A DNA stretch of 50,959 bases, counting the filler, from Sphacelaria rigidula (Eukaryota): assembly GCA_964200075.2 (NCBI GenBank). It is 2 parts of 2 records of this genome, joined end to end, with 100 filler letters (N's around TTAATTAATTAA, not from the genome) between each part and the next. Parts side by side here need not be neighbours in the genome. Positions count along the whole stretch, not along the records: positions 25,538 to 50,959 come from CAXNAA020000166.1; 1 more part is not named here. One strand, written 5' to 3'. Of this stretch, positions 46,339 to 50,959 are shown piece by piece. Position 1 is the first letter of the stretch. Each line of letters begins with the position of its first letter. Under the pieces are notes generated by a model. It ran no database searches, was not told where the DNA came from, and saw only the letters and a list, made by a program, of their open reading frames with translations. Position numbers and translations under genes: made by a program.

Positions 46339-49300
46339 GCAGCGAGGACATGCGGTCATCTACAAAGACGCTAATAACGCAACATCAACAGCGATACCAA
46401 CAGCAAGCAAAGGCACCTCGACCATGATCAACAACACGCTTCCTGGTGGTGCTGCTGCCTCCGCCGCTGCCGCTGCCGCCGCTGCCGCCGCTGCTGCGGC
46501 TACCGGTGGCTACAGTCTCAACACCCCACCAACTGCATCGCCGTCCCCCATCCCCTCTTCGGCAGACACGCCAAACATGCAAACAACTATCTCCGGAACA
46601 GGAGCGGTCTCGTGCGTGACGGCGCCAGGGACGTCATCGTCGTCGGCGACGGCCGCGGCGGGCGTCAGTAGTATCGGCGGAGTTGCCAGAGAAGCATTTC
46701 CGCTGGCGCGGGGGGCGGACGGGACAGGGGTAGGTGTTCACCCGTCAGTTGCCGCGTTTCACGATGAGGCAAGGCAAGCTGCTGCGGCTGCTGCGGCAGC
46801 GACTACTGGGACTCCGGCGTGGTCCTCGCCCTCGCCCATGGCGGTAGCAGTCTCCAGTAAGGCTGCCTCTCCTTTGATGGCATCACAACAAGCCGTTGCC
46901 GCTGCGCCGGCTACTGTTATGGGAGCAACTGGGGTCGCGGAGGGGGGGCGGCTAACCGCGGGAGCGACGGGGGCGGCGGCGGCCGCGACAGTAGCCACGA
47001 CGGCGGCGGCTGTATTGGCGGAGAGGTAGGTGTGATTTCCACGCGTGTTCCACGCCCGACATATCTTGACGCCACGTACGTCATGCTCCAATCTTTGGCC
47101 TCTTGAATGTTTACACTTTGCTCGGTGATCCCTCTGAGTGCGTAGTCCTACATGGAGAAAAGAAAAATGTCGCCAGCGGCATGGGAGTCGGGCGGTTGGT
47201 ACATGGTACGTGCGTCGCCCAATGGAAAGTGGTAATCTTGCAAGAGTCTCATGTCGAAGGTCTTCACCTTTTTTTTACTTCTCCAACAGCGCTCAACGTG
47301 TTAGCTCTTCTGTTGTCTGCTGCCCCCCCCCCCCGTGCCTCTTTCCTAACTCCAATAATACAAGCAGAAACGAGAAAGCCGCTCTGTATGCCAATTTCCT
47401 AAAAGACCCGACGGGAGTGGTCATCACCCATTCCAACGTTAACGACGGCGCTGTCGCCGCCGACAGCGAGATAAGTGGTCGCCACCACCAGCAAAAGTCA
47501 CGATTAGGAGCGCATGTAGCGGTGGGTGCAGCTGGCACAGCAGCTATGGCCGTCGCAGCCGCCGGCGCTGGAGCAAGCATGGACACAGGCATCAATATGG
47601 CAGGCTGGGAAGAGGTGGTTCCGCCGGGGAGTTTCGGGAATCTGTCTGATGAGGTGATTTATAAGTCAATAATTACGATGATAATAGTCATGATGGTAGA
47701 AATAATGAGAGAAGAAAAGAACAACAGAGCAAACGCCATTTCAATGCTTTGTTTGCAAGCAGTTGAAGCATGTGGATCATGGACCAAGAATTGTACATTT
47801 ACAGTAGTGAGTCCACGATGTGCTTATTCTATTTCTTGTTTTCACCGTAGCTATTTTGAATTTTTTGCTCCACCTGCAGACACATTGTCCAGTCAGGTGG
47901 GTAGTAGTCAGAAGATGTGCTGTACGGCCGCTGTGCAAGAGAAGGCTGGAGTGTGCTTGGAAGGGTTGAAGAGGCGTCAGCTCTTTTGAAGCAGCGACAC
48001 GCAGTCTCAGTTGAAGCGGTTGTGGAACAGTGTGCTTGTTGACGAACCGCGCGTGTTGAGGACCCAAGTGTCACAGGGTGTGTTCAAGTAAAGTTTACCC
48101 CAGTTTCCTCTACCTAAATCCATGGTTGAAACATACCTGATTCGAGTGTAAATACCGAGATTCGTATCTTCGGAGGGGCTGACAATCCCAAGTACTATGG
48201 CGTGCGCACAAGGCAATTTTATCCAAATCGGTGCCGATTTGAGGTCTGCTAACGCACACTTTGTCTAGGGCACCCTTCGCAACCCCCTTGCCCGACGGTT
48301 CTCGCTGTATGCCTTGGTTAGGATTAAGGTGAAGGTTAGGGTTAGGATTAGCTTTATTTAAAAAAATGTGTCAAACATGGATCTGGATAGAACTTGGGTA
48401 TACCCAAGTAGTATGTGTTGACGCCATGGCCTTTCCTGTGCTCCGCCTTCGCTCTTGGTTGAGGCAGTTGCTGTTCGTTTTGGTTGTCCAGTGTAGAACA
48501 AACGGGCGCCCTACATTTCGCGGGGTTGACGCAAACACAAAACACACACACATATGAAACACCTGCGTCGTATCGGGCTTTCACTCGTGTGCAATAGGAT
48601 CTGTACCTCTGACTCATTGTCCATTATTATTCGCGGCATCTGTGGCCGTCGCCGTTATCCATAAGTACGAAACGATGCAAATCCTCGCAGTGCTACATTA
48701 CAGCACTCCAGTTGTGAAGCCGTTTCATAATCGTTCTGCCTGCACTCAAACAGTAACCTGCCTGGCTGTTCAGGCCGCCGTTCCGCACGTGTGGTGATGC
48801 GTCTGCCTTCCAATCCCTCAGCGTGTTAATTGACAATCGCTTCGATGTTGAGCATCACCGGGAAAATGCCTTCTAAACACGTTTCGCTGTGTTCCTGTAT
48901 CGCTTCATCTTTTACCTTTTCTTGTGCAGTACTCGTCTTTCGTTTTGCTTAGCTGTGCTTTGCTTTGCGTGTCTTTTTTTTTTTTGTCATCTCACCTCGA
49001 GTATTAAATGTTTGTATCTTGTGAAATCACCACGGATAGACTCGTAGCGCATCGGTCAGTATTGTACCATATCATGGAAGTATTATCGAGATGATTTGCT
49101 TCCTCTCCTCTCTACTCGTGTTTTTTTTCTCTTCAAGTTCATGATACCTCGTGACTTCTCACTCTCGCTCTTATGGTCATTGTCCATGACTCGCTTTTTC
49201 TATAGGCGAAGGCCCTTGCTGAGGAGGGTTTGTTTGACCTGGTCGCCGATGCGTGGGGACCCGACACGGGTGATTTGTGCTTCCGCTACGTGGAAGAGCA

Positions 49301-49409
49301 AACGCGGACGGAGATACCGCTTGACGCTAGGGCGTTTCAGCTGGCCCTGGAGGGCCGAACAGAGCCGAAGGGGGAGCTGGAGAGTATTTACGGGAAGCCC
49401 GCTGTCGAG
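35135..49409 (+). CDS. Large (>1940 aa) Ala/Pro/Gly/Gln-rich, probably nuclear protein with a candidate winged-helix segment; 3' end not identified in window
   Basis: join(35135-36361,37186-37377,38931-39054,40359-41412,42816-42993,43517-43719,44315-45836,46184-47025,47368-47653,49206-49409) = 5832 nt, open frame, canonical GT/AG with consistent phases (0,0,1,2,0,2,0,2,0). An in-frame stop upstream of ATG 35135 supports the start. Contains NLS-like GKGGKKRKRP and Q27. The 44315 acceptor is the least certain. Confidence 0.78.
39356..39420 (+). repeat. Perfect 28-bp direct repeat (37-bp period)
   Basis: TACATAGTTAGCAGTAACGCTTCACCGA at 39356 and 39393. Confidence 0.9.
40139..40240 (+). repeat. 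Poly-C tract followed by (CA)n microsatellite
   Basis: Directly visible; the poly-C part may be sequencing decay. Confidence 0.85.
46262..46342 (+). repeat. Coding CAG/CAA repeat, 27 Gln
   Basis: 81 nt of CAG/CAA in frame within exon 46184-47025. Confidence 0.9.
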
Positions 49410-50039
49410 GTGAGAATGGAAGGGCAGACGGAGAGGAGGCGAGGGTGCTATAATAGTGGAAGATGACCACGATAAATGAAGATGAACGTTCCACCAGGGA
49501 ACTTTCTCTGCTTGGTTGATTGGTTTGGATTGGTTTGTCTTGCATGGCGTAACTTGAGATGGCGAAACGTTCGCATATAGGTAGCTTGTCCTGGGGTAGA
49601 TCGTGAACGCTCACGAAAAGAATTACAGGAGTCGGTCGTGAATAGCCGGGAATGTGCTCCAGGCAAGATAACAACAATGTCGATCATACAGATACTTTTA
49701 CAATGATCTTGATGGCGAAAAAATTCAAGCACGAGTGATCTTCATACCGGAATATTCGTCACTACATGAGTGGTTTATTGCGGGGTGTGTACGCAGCATG
49801 TTTCTGTACAAACAGTAGCGTACTGGCGTGTGGGTTCACCATACAACCGCAGTAGCACGGTAGTAGCAGGAGAAATGACAATCCTAACAGAGGAAGATGC
49901 GTGAAACAGAGAACGTTGTGCATAGGAGGAGAGAGAAGCTCAAGAATGTAAGTAGTACCCTACTCGGGTTGTTGGCATGAAGGCGTGAAGTGCGTTTTTA
50001 GATGCCTCTTATTTTTGGTATCATTTTTTTTTTTTTCAC

Positions 50040-50345
50040 TTGTCGCACTGTGAACCCCTTCCCTTCTCGGGACGAGTCCGTGGTGTCGTGTCCCAAGGGA
50101 TCAAGCCATCTCTTCGCGGTACACGCCTTGCATTTTTACCTCGCAGATCGGGTCAGCACTCCCGCACCGCCTAAACTCTCATCAACCACACTCAGTCACT
50201 TGCGTTTTGTTTACTTGCGTACTCACGCTTCCGACGATGGAAATTAGATACTTTGAAGAAAAAAGCCAACGCATCGAGAATCGAACCCATGTTCTCTCAA
50301 TCCTAATGGTGATAGGCGGACCATTTTAATTTTCACCACCGGGCC
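50040..50345 (-). mobile_element. SINE-like element, family B
   Basis: B-box GGGTTCGATTC on the minus strand near 50280. The body (TGAACCCCTTCCCTT..CGGGA.GAGTCCGT...CAAGGGATCA, CTCACGCTT...TGGAAAT) is shared with 29715-29915. Confidence 0.55.
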
Positions 50346-50959
50346 GCGGCGGTGATATCTCCCTGCCCGAACCCTGTTTCTTCATGCTTGTTGCTGTTAT
50401 CGCGTCTGTGTGTTGGTTCATTGTCTTTTCATTGACATAAAATGGTTGAGTAGTACCATGGTCAGTATCATATGCGTGGCGAGCACTCCCTCTCCCTGCT
50501 CTCTCTTGATTGGTTCATTGGTTCGTCGTGTCGCACATAAACTGATCTCCTACGAATCCAGCCGTAGTTATTAGTACAAGATGGACGTACGTGGGCACCC
50601 GAGGTTGAAAGATATACGGAAACACTTGCTGAAAAGGAGACTCGAGAACGCTACTCGAACTCCAGAAAGGGGGATGCTGGAAAAGGAATGAGAAAACGAA
50701 CACAGTGGCACAGTGAACATGATGTCAATTGAACGAAGAGAAGGGAAAAGGAGAAAACAAATGACACAACAACGGCAGCCCCCACGACTCTGGGAGTGGC
50801 GATACCAGAAAATAAAACAACTCATTGGAGGCTGTCATGCAAATGCAAGATAATCAGTAGGTCTCGGGCCGAACAATCTTAGCAGGATGTAGCTCACTCT
50901 TCATGCGACTCGCCGAAGACACCACGGCGCGTCGCGCTTGGTGATTGAGTGCGAGCCTG

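Noticed and set aside
48317-48352. Telomere-like TTAGGG motif
   Set aside because: Only one or two perfect units in a degenerate intronic stretch; not an array.

Overview
Eukaryotic, intron-rich genomic DNA. The long introns full of tRNA-derived SINE-like repeats, GTGAG/GTGCG donors, GC-rich low-complexity exons and head-to-head gene pairs suggest a stramenopile, most likely a brown alga (inference, not proven). The ORF track is misleading because the genes are spliced; I rebuilt them by hand from donor/acceptor sites and reading-frame phase. (1) A minus-strand multi-exon gene with RS/K-rich segments spans about 2.3-9.9 kb. (2) The highlight is an 18-exon plus-strand gene (10131-25155). It encodes a secreted protein of about 1566 aa: signal peptide, a CBM1-like first module, an Asp/Ser/Gly repeat, and 32 six-cysteine C-C-CC-C-C (knottin-like) modules in total on Pro/Thr/Glu linkers. 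Every intron is phase 1, and from exon 3 onward each intron cuts a module just before its 6th Cys, so exons are interchangeable cassettes. (3) After an artificial scaffold gap there is an 82-bp-unit satellite element, a probable Tudor-like first exon (-), and a two-exon 90-aa ATP synthase i/j (ATP18/plant 6 kDa)-like gene. (4) A low-complexity nuclear-type gene of more than 1940 aa (35135 to at least 49409, +) carries a candidate winged-helix segment and polyQ. Several poly-C/G tracts and N gaps are assembly artefacts.
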